Assembly: GCA_963667725.2 (NCBI GenBank)
Contig: CAXXHO010000003.1
Span: forward strand, 992,001 to 1,056,000
Origin: Treponemataceae bacterium
GTDB lineage: Bacteria > Spirochaetota > Spirochaetia > Treponematales > Rectinemataceae
Direction: 5' to 3'
DNA: 64,000 nt
Made by a program: the position numbers and the translations under genes. This document shows positions 9,043 through 18,514 of this stretch, one piece after another. Within the stretch, counting starts at the first letter, position 1. Each line of letters begins with the position of its first letter. Under the pieces are notes generated by a model. The model was not told the DNA's origin. It saw nothing but the letters and a program-made list of their open reading frames with translations, and did not search any database.

Positions 9043-10506
9043 ATGGCATCTGACATGGCGGAAGCCATTCGACAGCTGATCAGCGAGAAGGGCATTTCCG
9101 AGGAACTCATCGTCAATACGCTGCAGGAAGCCCTGCTCGCGGCATATAAGAAGAAATTCGGAACGAGCGAAAACGCCATCATTCGCTTCCGGGACAACTA
9201 TGAAGGCGTGGATATCTACGCCAAGAAAGTCATCGTGGCCGATGACGACCTGGAGGACGAGGTTCTCCAGATGACGCTGGAAGAGGCTCATGATTACGCA
9301 GAGGACGCCGAGGTCGGCGATATTCTCGAAATGCCCGTCGATCCCCAGGAATTTGATCTCCAGTCCGTCATGGTGGCGAAACAGACGACCAGGCAGAACT
9401 TCCGCGATATCTCGCGCGACACCCTCTACGCCGAATACAAATCGAAGCAGGGCGAGCTGATAATCGGCTACTTCCAGCGCGAAAGGAACAATGTCATCTA
9501 TGTCGACCTGGGCAAGGTCGAGGGCATTTTCCCCAAGAAATATCAGTCCCCCAGGGAAGCCTACCACGTCGGCGACCGCATCAAAGCCCTTATTTACGAA
9601 GTGGACAAGGGAAAGAACGGTCTTCAGATCATTCTTTCCAGGAGCCATGCCGAGTTCGTGACCAAGCTTCTCGAGCTGGAAATACCGGAAATCTACGACA
9701 AGACGATAGAGATTTTCAAAATAGTCCGCGAGCCCGGCTACAGGACAAAGGTGGCCGTATTCTCCAAGAGGGACGATGTGGATCCGGTGGGCGCCTGCGT
9801 CGGCCCCAAGGGAATGCGCAGCCAGCTCATAAGCCAGGAGCTCGAAGGGGAGAAGATAGACTTCGTCAAATATGATGTCGATTCCCGTCAGTTCATCAAG
9901 AACGCCCTGTCGCCCGCGGAAGTGAAGACCGTCCATATCATGGACGAGGCCAAGCACACGGCGCTGGCCATCGTGGCCGACAAGGAACTCTCGATAGCGA
10001 TCGGCAAGATGGGGCAGAACGTGAAGCTCGCCAATCGCCTCTGCGACTGGAATATCGATGTGAAGACCGAAGAGCAGTATCTGCAGGACGGCAGGAACAT
10101 CGAACTCAAGCGCGCGGCCGACAGCCTGTTCTCCGACACCAATGAGCAGATCGAAGAGGAAGCGGAAGAATCCGTTCTCCTGTCCGACCTGCCTGGCATG
10201 AAGCCCGAGTGGCTTTCGGCTATGGACGCCGCCGGAGTGAGCCTTGTCGAGGACTTCCTTGAAAAGGACGATGAGGAACTCGCAAGAGTATCCGGTCTGT
10301 CCATCGAGGAAATCCAGATGATCCAGGGCATCATCGAGGAAAATATCGAGATCGTCCAGGAAGAGACCGAGGATTCAGCCGAAACGGCATCCGATGAATA
10401 TACCTGCCCGGATTGCGGCACGGCGGTCACTCCCGACATGAAGAATTGCCCATCGTGTGGCGTTGAACTGAGTTTTGAATATAATAGCGACGACCAGCAA
10501 GCGTAA
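9043..10506 (+). CDS. nusA: Transcription elongation factor NusA with acidic and zinc-ribbon C-terminal extension
   Basis: S1 and KH domains (REPGYRTKVAV, DPVGACVG, AIGKMGQNV). C-terminal CPDC...CPSC. Confidence 0.97.
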   Translation: MASDMAEAIRQLISEKGISEELIVNTLQEALLAAYKKKFGTSENAIIRFRDNYEGVDIYAKKVIVADDDLEDEVLQMTLEEAHDYAEDAEVGDILEMPVDPQEFDLQSVMVAKQTTRQNFRDISRDTLYAEYKSKQGELIIGYFQRERNNVIYVDLGKVEGIFPKKYQSPREAYHVGDRIKALIYEVDKGKNGLQIILSRSHAEFVTKLLELEIPEIYDKTIEIFKIVREPGYRTKVAVFSKRDDVDPVGACVGPKGMRSQLISQELEGEKIDFVKYDVDSRQFIKNALSPAEVKTVHIMDEAKHTALAIVADKELSIAIGKMGQNVKLANRLCDWNIDVKTEEQYLQDGRNIELKRAADSLFSDTNEQIEEEAEESVLLSDLPGMKPEWLSAMDAAGVSLVEDFLEKDDEELARVSGLSIEEIQMIQGIIEENIEIVQEETEDSAETASDEYTCPDCGTAVTPDMKNCPSCGVELSFEYNSDDQQA

Positions 10507-10516
10507 AAGGTAGGAT

Positions 10517-13500
10517 ATGACGGATAATACCGAGAACTCTCAGAAGAAAGTCCATCTCATCAAACAGCCGAAACCGGCCCAAGGCGAGGTACCCGCGACG
10601 CAGGTTCCTGTTTCGCACGAAAAGCCAGAAGAAGAAGCCCAGGCCGAGAGGAAGAAGGTTGTCGTGGTGAAGAAAAAGATCGTGCTGAAGAAGGTGCAGG
10701 CTAAAGTCGTCGCCCATCACGATCTTGAAGGCGGAGAGCAGCCTGCTGAGGTCGTTCAGGTTCCAACTGTTCAGGTCCAGCATGAAAAGACCGCCGCTCA
10801 GCCATCTGAGAAGTTGTCGACTCACGTTCACCATACGGCCGAGCAGGCAACAAGTCCTGCCGCTCCTCCGAGCATGGCGCGGCCCGAAGCCGGGCTTTCG
10901 CGCGACGAAGGTTCGAGCGCGGACCAGAAAAAAGCTCCCGTATCCGTTCTCGCCGCCTTAGGCGAAGCGGCCGCGACCGCATCGACCGCCGCGTCGGTTT
11001 CTCCCGCGGCAGCGACGGAAAATGCGCCATCCTCGCCTTCCGCCCATGACGCTTCCGCAGCGCCGGCGGCAAGCAGGCCGGCTGATGCTTCCGCGTCCTC
11101 TCCTGCCGGTCAGCCGGCACGACGCGACCCCCCTATGAGACCAGCTCAGCCGGCCAGACCGGCTTCATCAGCCAATCAGACTCCTCCGCAGCCAGGCTCG
11201 TCCCCGAGCGGCTATCGCGGAAGCTATCAAAGCAACCCGGCAAGACCTCACGGGACTGCCGGAACCGTCGGCGGCTACCCCGCCAACCGAACTCCGGGCG
11301 ATTCACCCAGGCCTTCCGGCTATCAGGGCAGAAGTGGCGGATATCAGGGACCCTCGGGCTCAGGTGGATACCAAGGTCCCGGCGGTTACCAGGGGCAGGG
11401 CGGCCAGAGTTCGGGCGGCTACCAGGGCGGTTACAGGGGGAATTCCTCTCAACCCTACGATCCCAACAGGCCGAGGCCTCAGGGCTACCAAGGCTCGGGC
11501 GGCTACCAAGGTACAGGCGGTGGCTATCAGGGCCAGGGCGGCGGCCAGAGTTCGGGCGGCTATCAGGGCGGCTATAGAGGGAATTCATCCCAGCCTTACG
11601 ATCCCAACCGACCGAGGCCTCAGGGCTACCAAGGTTCGGGCGGCTACCAGGGTTCTGGAGGCGGCTACCAGGGCACCGGCGGCGGCTATCAAGGGCAAAG
11701 GCCCTATCAGGGTTCCGGAGGATACCAAGGATCCGGAGGCTATCAGGGATCTGGTGGTTACCAAGGCCCTCCGGGAAGCTTTCCCGGGACAAGACCTCAG
11801 TATCCATCTTCGGCCCCGGGCGGATACCCGCGCGGTCCCCGTCCTCAAGGCCCAGGCGGCCCCGGCGCTCCCGGCGGCTATCGTCCCGGCTACCCCGCGC
11901 AGGGCAGACCGGCGGGCAGGGGCGGCAATATGTCGGGCGGACCGAGAGGCGGCGGCTATGGCGGCGCCCGCGGTCCTGCCAATGGTCCTTCTCCCCTCGA
12001 AAGCAGCAAGACAGCCCAGCGCAAACCGGCTCCGAGAAGAAAGCCGGGCTTCGTCCGACGCGAGGATGTGGAACTAGAGAAGGAACTTCAGCTCAAGAAG
12101 AAGGCCGAGGCTCGCGCCATCGCCATTCCCAAGTCCATCGACATCATGGAAAATATCTCCGTCAGCGATCTGGCGAAGAAAATGAATATTAAGCCGGCCG
12201 AGCTCATCGGCAAGCTCATGGCGCTCGGCGTCATGGCTACGATCAACCAGAAAATTGACGCCGAAACGGCGACGATCCTCGCCAGCGAATACAACTGCGA
12301 AGTCAAGATCGTCAGCCTCTATGACGAGACGGTCATCGAAAAGGAAGCCGAGAATCCCGACGACCTCCGTGCCCGTCCGCCCATCGTCACCGTCATGGGA
12401 CATGTCGACCATGGAAAGACGAAACTGCTGGACGCCATCAGGAAAACCGATGTCGTGGCCCACGAATACGGCGGGATAACCCAGCATATCGGCGCATACC
12501 AGGTGGTTACGGCCAAAGGCAACAAGATCACCTTCCTGGACACGCCGGGACACGCCGCGTTCACGAAGATGCGCGCCCGTGGCGCCCAGATTACCGATAT
12601 CGTCATCCTTGTGGTTTCGGCCGTCGAAGGCGTCATGCCCCAGACGAAGGAAGCCCTCGATCACGCCAAGGCCGCCAAGGTTCCCATCATTGTGGCCATC
12701 AACAAGATCGACTTGCCCGAATCCAATCCGGACAGGGTCAAGACTCAGCTTTCCGAGATGGGCCTGATTCCCGAGCAGTGGGGCGGCACGACACAGTTCT
12801 GCGAGATTTCCGCCCTTCAGAAAAAAGGTATTCCCGAACTGCTCGACGCCATACTGCTGCAAGCCGAGATACTCGAACTGCAGGCCAGCTACAAGCGCCT
12901 GGCGGAAGCCAAGATTGTCGAATCACGCATCGATCAGGGCAGAGGCATTGTCGCCACCATCATCGTGGCCACGGGAACCCTGCGCATCGGCGATTCCTTC
13001 GTGGCAGGCATCTACCCCGGAAGGGTAAGGGCCATGTTCGACGACAAGGGCAACCGCGTCGAAGAAGCGACGCCCTCCACGCCGGTCGAGGTTCTGGGTT
13101 TCGAAGGCATACCCAACGCCGGCGATCCCTTCGAGGTCGTTGAAGAGGAAAAATACGCCCGCGCCATCTCCGACAAGCGCCAGGAACTCAAGAAGTACGA
13201 AGAAGGAAAGAACGTCAAGAAAGTCACCCTGGACAACCTCTACGAGACGATTTCGGCCGGAGAGGTCCAGGAACTCAAGGTGATCATAAAGGGCGACGTC
13301 CAGGGCTCCGTCGAGGCGCTCAAGGGCATGCTGGAGAAGCTTTCCACCAAGGAAGTGCGCCTGAATGTCCTGCGCGCGGCCGCCGGCGCCATCTCGGACG
13401 ACGACGTCATGATGGCTTCCGCCTCGGATGCCATCATCATAGGCTTCAACGTACGGCCGATCGCTTCGGCCAAGCTGCTCGCCGACAGGGAAAAAGTCGA

Positions 13501-13912
13501 TATCAGGAAGTACAACATCATCTACAGGGCCCAAGAGGATATCCTCAAGGCCATGGAAGGCATGCTGTCTCCCGAGCTCAAGGAACAGGAAATCGGCAAG
13601 GCCGAAGTGCGGAACATATTCAAGGTCCCGAAGATCGGCATCATCGCCGGTTGTTACATGCTTGAGGGCGCCGTGCACAGAAACAGCCAGGTGCGCGTCA
13701 TCCGCGACGCCATCGAAATTTTCCAGGGTAAGATCAATTCGCTCAGAAGGTTCAAGGACGACGCCAAGGAAGTGGTCGCCGGCTACGAGTGCGGTATTGG
13801 AATCGAAAACTGCAACGACCTCAAGGAAGGCGACATGCTCGAGATCTACGAAACGGTCGAAGTGGCGCGTACCCTTGGGAAAGCTGAAGGCAATGGATCA
13901 GATAAGGCTTAG
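10517..13912 (+). CDS. infB: Translation initiation factor IF-2 with long low-complexity N-terminus
   Basis: [18 protein letters not shown]-domain motifs and C-terminal GYECG. Confidence 0.98.
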   Translation: MTDNTENSQKKVHLIKQPKPAQGEVPATQVPVSHEKPEEEAQAERKKVVVVKKKIVLKKVQAKVVAHHDLEGGEQPAEVVQVPTVQVQHEKTAAQPSEKLSTHVHHTAEQATSPAAPPSMARPEAGLSRDEGSSADQKKAPVSVLAALGEAAATASTAASVSPAAATENAPSSPSAHDASAAPAASRPADASASSPAGQPARRDPPMRPAQPARPASSANQTPPQPGSSPSGYRGSYQSNPARPHGTAGTVGGYPANRTPGDSPRPSGYQGRSGGYQGPSGSGGYQGPGGYQGQGGQSSGGYQGGYRGNSSQPYDPNRPRPQGYQGSGGYQGTGGGYQGQGGGQSSGGYQGGYRGNSSQPYDPNRPRPQGYQGSGGYQGSGGGYQGTGGGYQGQRPYQGSGGYQGSGGYQGSGGYQGPPGSFPGTRPQYPSSAPGGYPRGPRPQGPGGPGAPGGYRPGYPAQGRPAGRGGNMSGGPRGGGYGGARGPANGPSPLESSKTAQRKPAPRRKPGFVRREDVELEKELQLKKKAEARAIAIPKSIDIMENISVSDLAKKMNIKPAELIGKLMALGVMATINQKIDAETATILASEYNCEVKIVSLYDETVIEKEAENPDDLRARPPIVTVMGHVDHGKTKLLDAIRKTDVVAHEYGGITQHIGAYQVVTAKGNKITFLDTPGHAAFTKMRARGAQITDIVILVVSAVEGVMPQTKEALDHAKAAKVPIIVAINKIDLPESNPDRVKTQLSEMGLIPEQWGGTTQFCEISALQKKGIPELLDAILLQAEILELQASYKRLAEAKIVESRIDQGRGIVATIIVATGTLRIGDSFVAGIYPGRVRAMFDDKGNRVEEATPSTPVEVLGFEGIPNAGDPFEVVEEEKYARAISDKRQELKKYEEGKNVKKVTLDNLYETISAGEVQELKVIIKGDVQGSVEALKGMLEKLSTKEVRLNVLRAAAGAISDDDVMMASASDAIIIGFNVRPIASAKLLADREKVDIRKYNIIYRAQEDILKAMEGMLSPELKEQEIGKAEVRNIFKVPKIGIIAGCYMLEGAVHRNSQVRVIRDAIEIFQGKINSLRRFKDDAKEVVAGYECGIGIENCNDLKEGDMLEIYETVEVARTLGKAEGNGSDKA
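11321..11767 (+). repeat. Coding repeat array in infB: 17 YQG units including a 141-bp (47-codon period) duplication
   Basis: Copies start at 11399 and 11540, plus 18-bp (YQGSGG) tandem units at about 11705-11767. Confidence 0.9.
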
Positions 13913-14246
13913 GCGGCTCGAAGAGCTACTGCGCGAGGAAATCGCGGCGCTCATCTCATCGGGCGAAATCAGGGATCCGCGCGTCGGGTCCCTGGTCTCC
14001 GTCACTCGCGTGGAAGCCAACCGAGACGGCTCCACCGCGAAGGTCTGGGTGAGCTGCATCACGGAAGACGATAAGGAACTCTACGCCGCCGTCGATGGAC
14101 TCACCAGCGCGGCGGGTTTCATACAGTCCCAGATAGCGCGAAGGGTGAGGCTCCGCCTCACTCCCGTCCTTCATTTCGTGGCCGACCTGGGCATCAGGGA
14201 AGGCTTCGAGATGACCGAAAAGATAAAGGGTCTCCTCAAGGAATGA
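13893..14246 (+). CDS. rbfA: Ribosome-binding factor A
   Basis: IRDPRV...VTRVE...AKVWVS...LRLTPVLHF. Overlaps the infB end by 20 nt. Confidence 0.93.
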   Translation: MDQIRLRRLEELLREEIAALISSGEIRDPRVGSLVSVTRVEANRDGSTAKVWVSCITEDDKELYAAVDGLTSAAGFIQSQIARRVRLRLTPVLHFVADLGIREGFEMTEKIKGLLKE

Positions 14247-15133
14247 CAGCATCCGGCTTCCTTCTCTTCGACAAGCCAGCGGGCAGGACATCCTTCGCCG
14301 CGCTTGGCGGATTCAGGAAAATTTTTCCCGGGGCCCGCGTGGGCCATACGGGTACGCTCGACAACTTCGCCACGGGACTGCTCGTGGTGGTGGTGGGAAG
14401 CTATAGCCACCTCACGCCCTGGTTCACGGGCCTCGACAAAGAATATGAAGCCGAAATTCGGTTTGGCCTGGGAACAGACACGCTTGATCCAGGCGGCGCC
14501 GTAACCGCCACGGGAGAGATTCCTTCCCTTACCGCCCTGGAAGCCTCCCTTGGCCCGTTCAGGGGCCTTATAGAGCAGATCCCTCCTGAATACTCCGCCA
14601 TACATGTTCAAGGGAAAAGGGCGTCTGACATGGCGCGGAAAGGCGAGGCCGTAAAGCTTCAGGCAAGGCCGATCACCATCCACTCCCTGGATCTCGTCGA
14701 TTATAAGGACGGCAAAGCGTCCGTGAAAGTTCATTGTTCATCCGGTACCTATATCCGCTCCCTCGCGAGGGACATAGCCGCGGCCTGCGGTACCTGCGCC
14801 CATGTCAGCGCGCTGAGAAGGACGAAAGTCGGGGCTTTTTCGGTAAGTGACGCCATTCAGTCGCCCGAAGAGGCCAGCGTCCAGACGCTCCATAGCTTCA
14901 CTCCCGAGACGGCCGGACTCCTGGGGCTGGGAACCATCAGCATCGCCAGGGAAGCGGAAGCCGCCTTCACGAACGGCCTTCCGGCCCTCCTTGTAGAACT
15001 CGGGGCTGGCCTTTCGCGCGACGGCGATCTGGCGGCCTTCTCCGGCGATGGGAGAATCTTGGGCGTTTTGGAGCGTCGTTCGGGCCTTCTCGCCTATAAA
15101 TTCGTCATGCCGAAGGGAGCGGGCGCCCGATGA
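14243..15133 (+). CDS. truB: tRNA pseudouridine(55) synthase TruB
   Basis: DKPAG.TS, GHTGTLD, PPEYSA, CSSGTYIRSL. Confidence 0.95.
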   Translation: MTASGFLLFDKPAGRTSFAALGGFRKIFPGARVGHTGTLDNFATGLLVVVVGSYSHLTPWFTGLDKEYEAEIRFGLGTDTLDPGGAVTATGEIPSLTALEASLGPFRGLIEQIPPEYSAIHVQGKRASDMARKGEAVKLQARPITIHSLDLVDYKDGKASVKVHCSSGTYIRSLARDIAAACGTCAHVSALRRTKVGAFSVSDAIQSPEEASVQTLHSFTPETAGLLGLGTISIAREAEAAFTNGLPALLVELGAGLSRDGDLAAFSGDGRILGVLERRSGLLAYKFVMPKGAGAR

Positions 15134-15915
15134 ACATCCAGACCTGGTCAGAGTTCGCCGCCTCCAAAGGCCATGAGCCGCTTTCCGTGACGATAGGCGT
15201 ATTCGATGGCGTTCATCGAGGGCATCAAAGGCTGCTGGATGCCGTTCTGGCCAAAAAACCGGCCATGAAAAGCGCTGTCATCACCTTCGCCAACAATCCC
15301 AAGAAGATACTTCATCCTCAGTCTTTCAGGGGAAGCATCTTCAGCCTCCGGCAGAAGACCGACGCTTTCGCCAGGGCGAGTTTCGATCTTTGCGTACTGA
15401 TTGACTTTTCCCAGAATTTCGGTACACTTTCAGGCGCGGAATTCCTTTCGCTGCTTGCGAATGCGGGGGTAAAATTCGTCTGTGTCGGCCCGAATTTCAG
15501 ATGCGGCTACAAGATGGATACGAACGCGCAGGCCCTCGCTGAAATCTGCGGGACGCTCGGAATGGAAGCGCGGATAGCCGAGCCGGTCATGTATGGCGGA
15601 CATCCCGTGAGCTCGAGCAGGATAAGGAACGCGATTCTCGAAGGCAGGCTTGGCGAGGCCGCCGACATGCTGGGAAGGCCCCATATCGTCGATATCGAAA
15701 CGGTGGATACAAGCGTTTCCGGCGGTTTCGTTTTAAAGCCGGTGGAAGACGCGGTGCTTCCGCCCGCAGGCGTCTACAGGATCATCATGGATCCGGATAC
15801 GGGGAATACGATGATTTCTGCCCGCATCGAGAACGGGGAGATCATCACGGGAACTTTTGAACTACGCGACGTGAAACGCGCCGCGATAATAAACTTGGTA
15901 TCACAAGAGTGGTAA
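15130..15915 (+). CDS. ribF: FAD synthetase (RibF-like) with degenerate riboflavin-kinase half
   Basis: IGVFDGVHRGH and VSSSRIR are present. The kinase PTAN motif is absent and the C-terminal part is short. Confidence 0.85.
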   Translation: MNIQTWSEFAASKGHEPLSVTIGVFDGVHRGHQRLLDAVLAKKPAMKSAVITFANNPKKILHPQSFRGSIFSLRQKTDAFARASFDLCVLIDFSQNFGTLSGAEFLSLLANAGVKFVCVGPNFRCGYKMDTNAQALAEICGTLGMEARIAEPVMYGGHPVSSSRIRNAILEGRLGEAADMLGRPHIVDIETVDTSVSGGFVLKPVEDAVLPPAGVYRIIMDPDTGNTMISARIENGEIITGTFELRDVKRAAIINLVSQEW

Positions 15916-15928
15916 GGAGAAATAGAAG

Positions 15929-16198
15929 ATGGCATTGACCAAAGAGGACAAGGCCCAGGTCGTACTCGAGTACGGCACCAACGAGAAGAATACCGGATCG
16001 ATCGAGACGCAGGTAGCCCTGCTCACCAAAAGGATCACCGACCTCACCGATCATTTCAAGACTCATAAAAAGGATACAAACTCCAGGCGCGGCCTGCTGA
16101 AAGTTGTCGGTCAGCGACGCAAGCTGCTCAAATATCTTCAGAGGACCAACCTCGAAGGTTACAGAGCGCTCGTCGAGAAGCTTCAGATCAGGAAGTGA
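15929..16198 (+). CDS. rpsO: 30S ribosomal protein S15
   Basis: [12 protein letters not shown]...[25 protein letters not shown]. Confidence 0.98.
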   Translation: MALTKEDKAQVVLEYGTNEKNTGSIETQVALLTKRITDLTDHFKTHKKDTNSRRGLLKVVGQRRKLLKYLQRTNLEGYRALVEKLQIRK

Positions 16199-16211
16199 TT
16201 GTGGATGAGTT

Positions 16212-16296
16212 ACAGGAAATCAGGCCCGGCCGCAGTTTATGCGCACGGGCCTTTTCCTGTTGTTCCGGCCTTGCCCGGAACCTGCGGTCTAGGCCG
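16212..16296 (+). promoter_or_regulatory. Structured rpsO-pnp intergenic leader (two hairpins)
   Basis: ACAGGAAA..AGGCCCG..CGCA pairs with TGCG..CGGGCCT-TTTCCTGT (16212-16260). A second stem CGGCCT../..AGGCCG spans 16266-16296. Confidence 0.55.
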
Positions 16297-16311
16297 TAAA
16301 AAGGAAGAAAA

Positions 16312-18501
16312 ATGGTACATTCAGTAAGTTGCCAGATCGGCAACGAAACCCTGGTCCTGGAGACCGGCCGCATGGCAAAACAGGCTGGCGGCGCGGTGTT
16401 CGCGACCTACGGTGGTTCGGCCGTCCTCGCGACCGCTTGCTGCTCCGAAAAAGTGACGGAAGGCCTGGATTTCGTTCCCCTCACCGTCGAGTACAACGAA
16501 AAATATTATGCCGCCGGCAAGATTCCCGGCGGTTTCATCAAGAGGGAATCCCGTCCCAAGGACAAGGAAATCCTCGTATCGCGAATCATAGACAGGCCCA
16601 TGCGCCCGCTCTTCGACAAGGCCTTCGGCAGGGAAATCCAGGTCGTTCCGACCTGCCTTTCGACGGATAACGTCAATCCTCCGGACATCGTGGCGATCAA
16701 CGCGGCCAGCGCGGCAGTCCATATCTCCGACATTCCCTTCGCCGGTCCTATCGCGGCCGTCCGCGTGGCTCTCGTCGATGACAAGTACGTCGTCAACCCC
16801 ACCTTCGAGCAGTGCGAGACCGCCAAACTCGAGATCACCGTCTCGGGCACAGCGGCGGGCATCACCATGGTCGAGGGCGGATCCCACGAAGTCTCCGAAG
16901 AGGAGATGATCGGGGCCATCGAGTGCGCCAAGGAACCCATCGCCAAGATCTGCGCCATGATCGTGGAACTCCGCGGCCTCGCCGGCAAGGATAAGCTCCC
17001 CCTCGCGCCCCTCAAGGTCACCCTGAACAAGGAAGAAGAGATCCGCGCTTTCGCTGCGCCGCTCCTCTCCGCGGCCCTCTTCGTGAAAGTGAAGCAGGAA
17101 CGCTACCTGGCCGTGCGCGCCGCCATCAAGCAGACCCAGGAAACCTTCGCCGAAGTCCTCGACTGCGAGGTGCAGCAGAAGCTCTTCTCCGCCCTCATGG
17201 AGGACCTCCAGTACCATATTCTCAGGAACGGCATCCTCGACAAGGGACTGCGCGTCGATGGCCGCGGTCTAGAGGACGTGCGCCCGATCACCTGCGAAAT
17301 CAACGTTCTCCCGAGAACCCACGGTTCGGCCCTCTTCACGCGCGGCGAAACCCAGGCTCTCGCCGTTACCACGCTCGGAACCATTCTCGACGAGCAGATC
17401 CTGGACGACATCGAAGGCGATCGTCGCGACCGCTTCATGCTGCACTACAACTTCCCCCCCTTCTCGGTAGGCGAAACCGGACGTCTGGGAACGGGAAGAC
17501 GAGAAATCGGCCACGGCAGCCTTGCGCGCCGCGCCATTGAGGTCATGCTCCCGCCCAAAGATAAGTTCCCGTACACCATCCGCGTCGTCTCCGAGGTCCT
17601 GGAATCCAACGGTTCCTCTTCCATGGCGACCGTCTGCGGTTCCTCCCTCTCCCTGATGAGCGCCGGCGTTCCGATGCGCAAACCCGTGGCGGGCATCGCC
17701 ATGGGACTTATCACCGACGAGACCCGCTTCGCCGTGCTCACCGACATCCTCGGCGACGAGGACCATCTCGGCGACATGGATTTCAAGGTAGCCGGAACGA
17801 AGGACGGCATCACCGCCTTCCAGATGGACATCAAGATTTCCTCGGTCAGCACCGAAATCCTCACCAAGGCTCTCGCCCAGGCGAAGCGCGGTAGGATGCA
17901 TATTCTCGGCATCATGGAGAAGACGCTCTCCGTGCCCTCTGAAGACATCTCCGCATACGCTCCCAAGGTCGTCAGCGTCAAGGTAGACCAGGAAAAGATC
18001 GGCGCCATCATCGGGCCGGGCGGCAAGAACATCAAGGGAATGTCCGAGAAGTACGACGTCCAGATCAACATCGACGAGGAAGGCACCGTCACCATCTACG
18101 GCAAGAATCAGAAAGCCGCCTATGACGCGCGCGACGCCGTCCTCAGCATGGTCGAGGAACCGGAGATCGGGAAGATCTACGACGGCACCGTCAAGCGGGT
18201 CATGGAATTCGGCGCCTTCATCGAGATCATGCCGGGCAAGGAAGGACTCTGCCATATATCGAAACTCGCCAAGGGCCGGGTGGAACGCGTAAGCGATGTG
18301 GTCAAGGAAGGCGACGCGGTAAAGGTCAAGCTCATGGAAATCGATCACATGGGAAGACTCAACCTCGCCATGCTCGAAGCTCTCGACGAGAACGGACAGC
18401 TGCCGCCCCAGAGCCGCGACGACAGGCCGCCGAGAGACGACCGCGGTCCCAGGGAGCCTCGCAGGTTTGACGACCGGAGGGATTCGTCCCGCAGACGCTG
18501 A
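16312..18501 (+). CDS. pnp: Polyribonucleotide nucleotidyltransferase
   Basis: GSALFTRGETQ, RREIGHG, DHLGDMDFKVAG, KH and S1 domains. Confidence 0.98.
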   Translation: MVHSVSCQIGNETLVLETGRMAKQAGGAVFATYGGSAVLATACCSEKVTEGLDFVPLTVEYNEKYYAAGKIPGGFIKRESRPKDKEILVSRIIDRPMRPLFDKAFGREIQVVPTCLSTDNVNPPDIVAINAASAAVHISDIPFAGPIAAVRVALVDDKYVVNPTFEQCETAKLEITVSGTAAGITMVEGGSHEVSEEEMIGAIECAKEPIAKICAMIVELRGLAGKDKLPLAPLKVTLNKEEEIRAFAAPLLSAALFVKVKQERYLAVRAAIKQTQETFAEVLDCEVQQKLFSALMEDLQYHILRNGILDKGLRVDGRGLEDVRPITCEINVLPRTHGSALFTRGETQALAVTTLGTILDEQILDDIEGDRRDRFMLHYNFPPFSVGETGRLGTGRREIGHGSLARRAIEVMLPPKDKFPYTIRVVSEVLESNGSSSMATVCGSSLSLMSAGVPMRKPVAGIAMGLITDETRFAVLTDILGDEDHLGDMDFKVAGTKDGITAFQMDIKISSVSTEILTKALAQAKRGRMHILGIMEKTLSVPSEDISAYAPKVVSVKVDQEKIGAIIGPGGKNIKGMSEKYDVQINIDEEGTVTIYGKNQKAAYDARDAVLSMVEEPEIGKIYDGTVKRVMEFGAFIEIMPGKEGLCHISKLAKGRVERVSDVVKEGDAVKVKLMEIDHMGRLNLAMLEALDENGQLPPQSRDDRPPRDDRGPREPRRFDDRRDSSRRR

Positions 18502-18514
18502 ATCTGACGTTTTT

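Noticed and set aside
11321..11767. Repeat array as possible CRISPR
   Set aside because: Repeats are in-frame codon repeats inside infB with synonymous variation, no unique spacers and no cas genes.
15916..15928. S15 autoregulatory leader
   Set aside because: Only 13 nt separate ribF and rpsO, and no leader structure can be supported.
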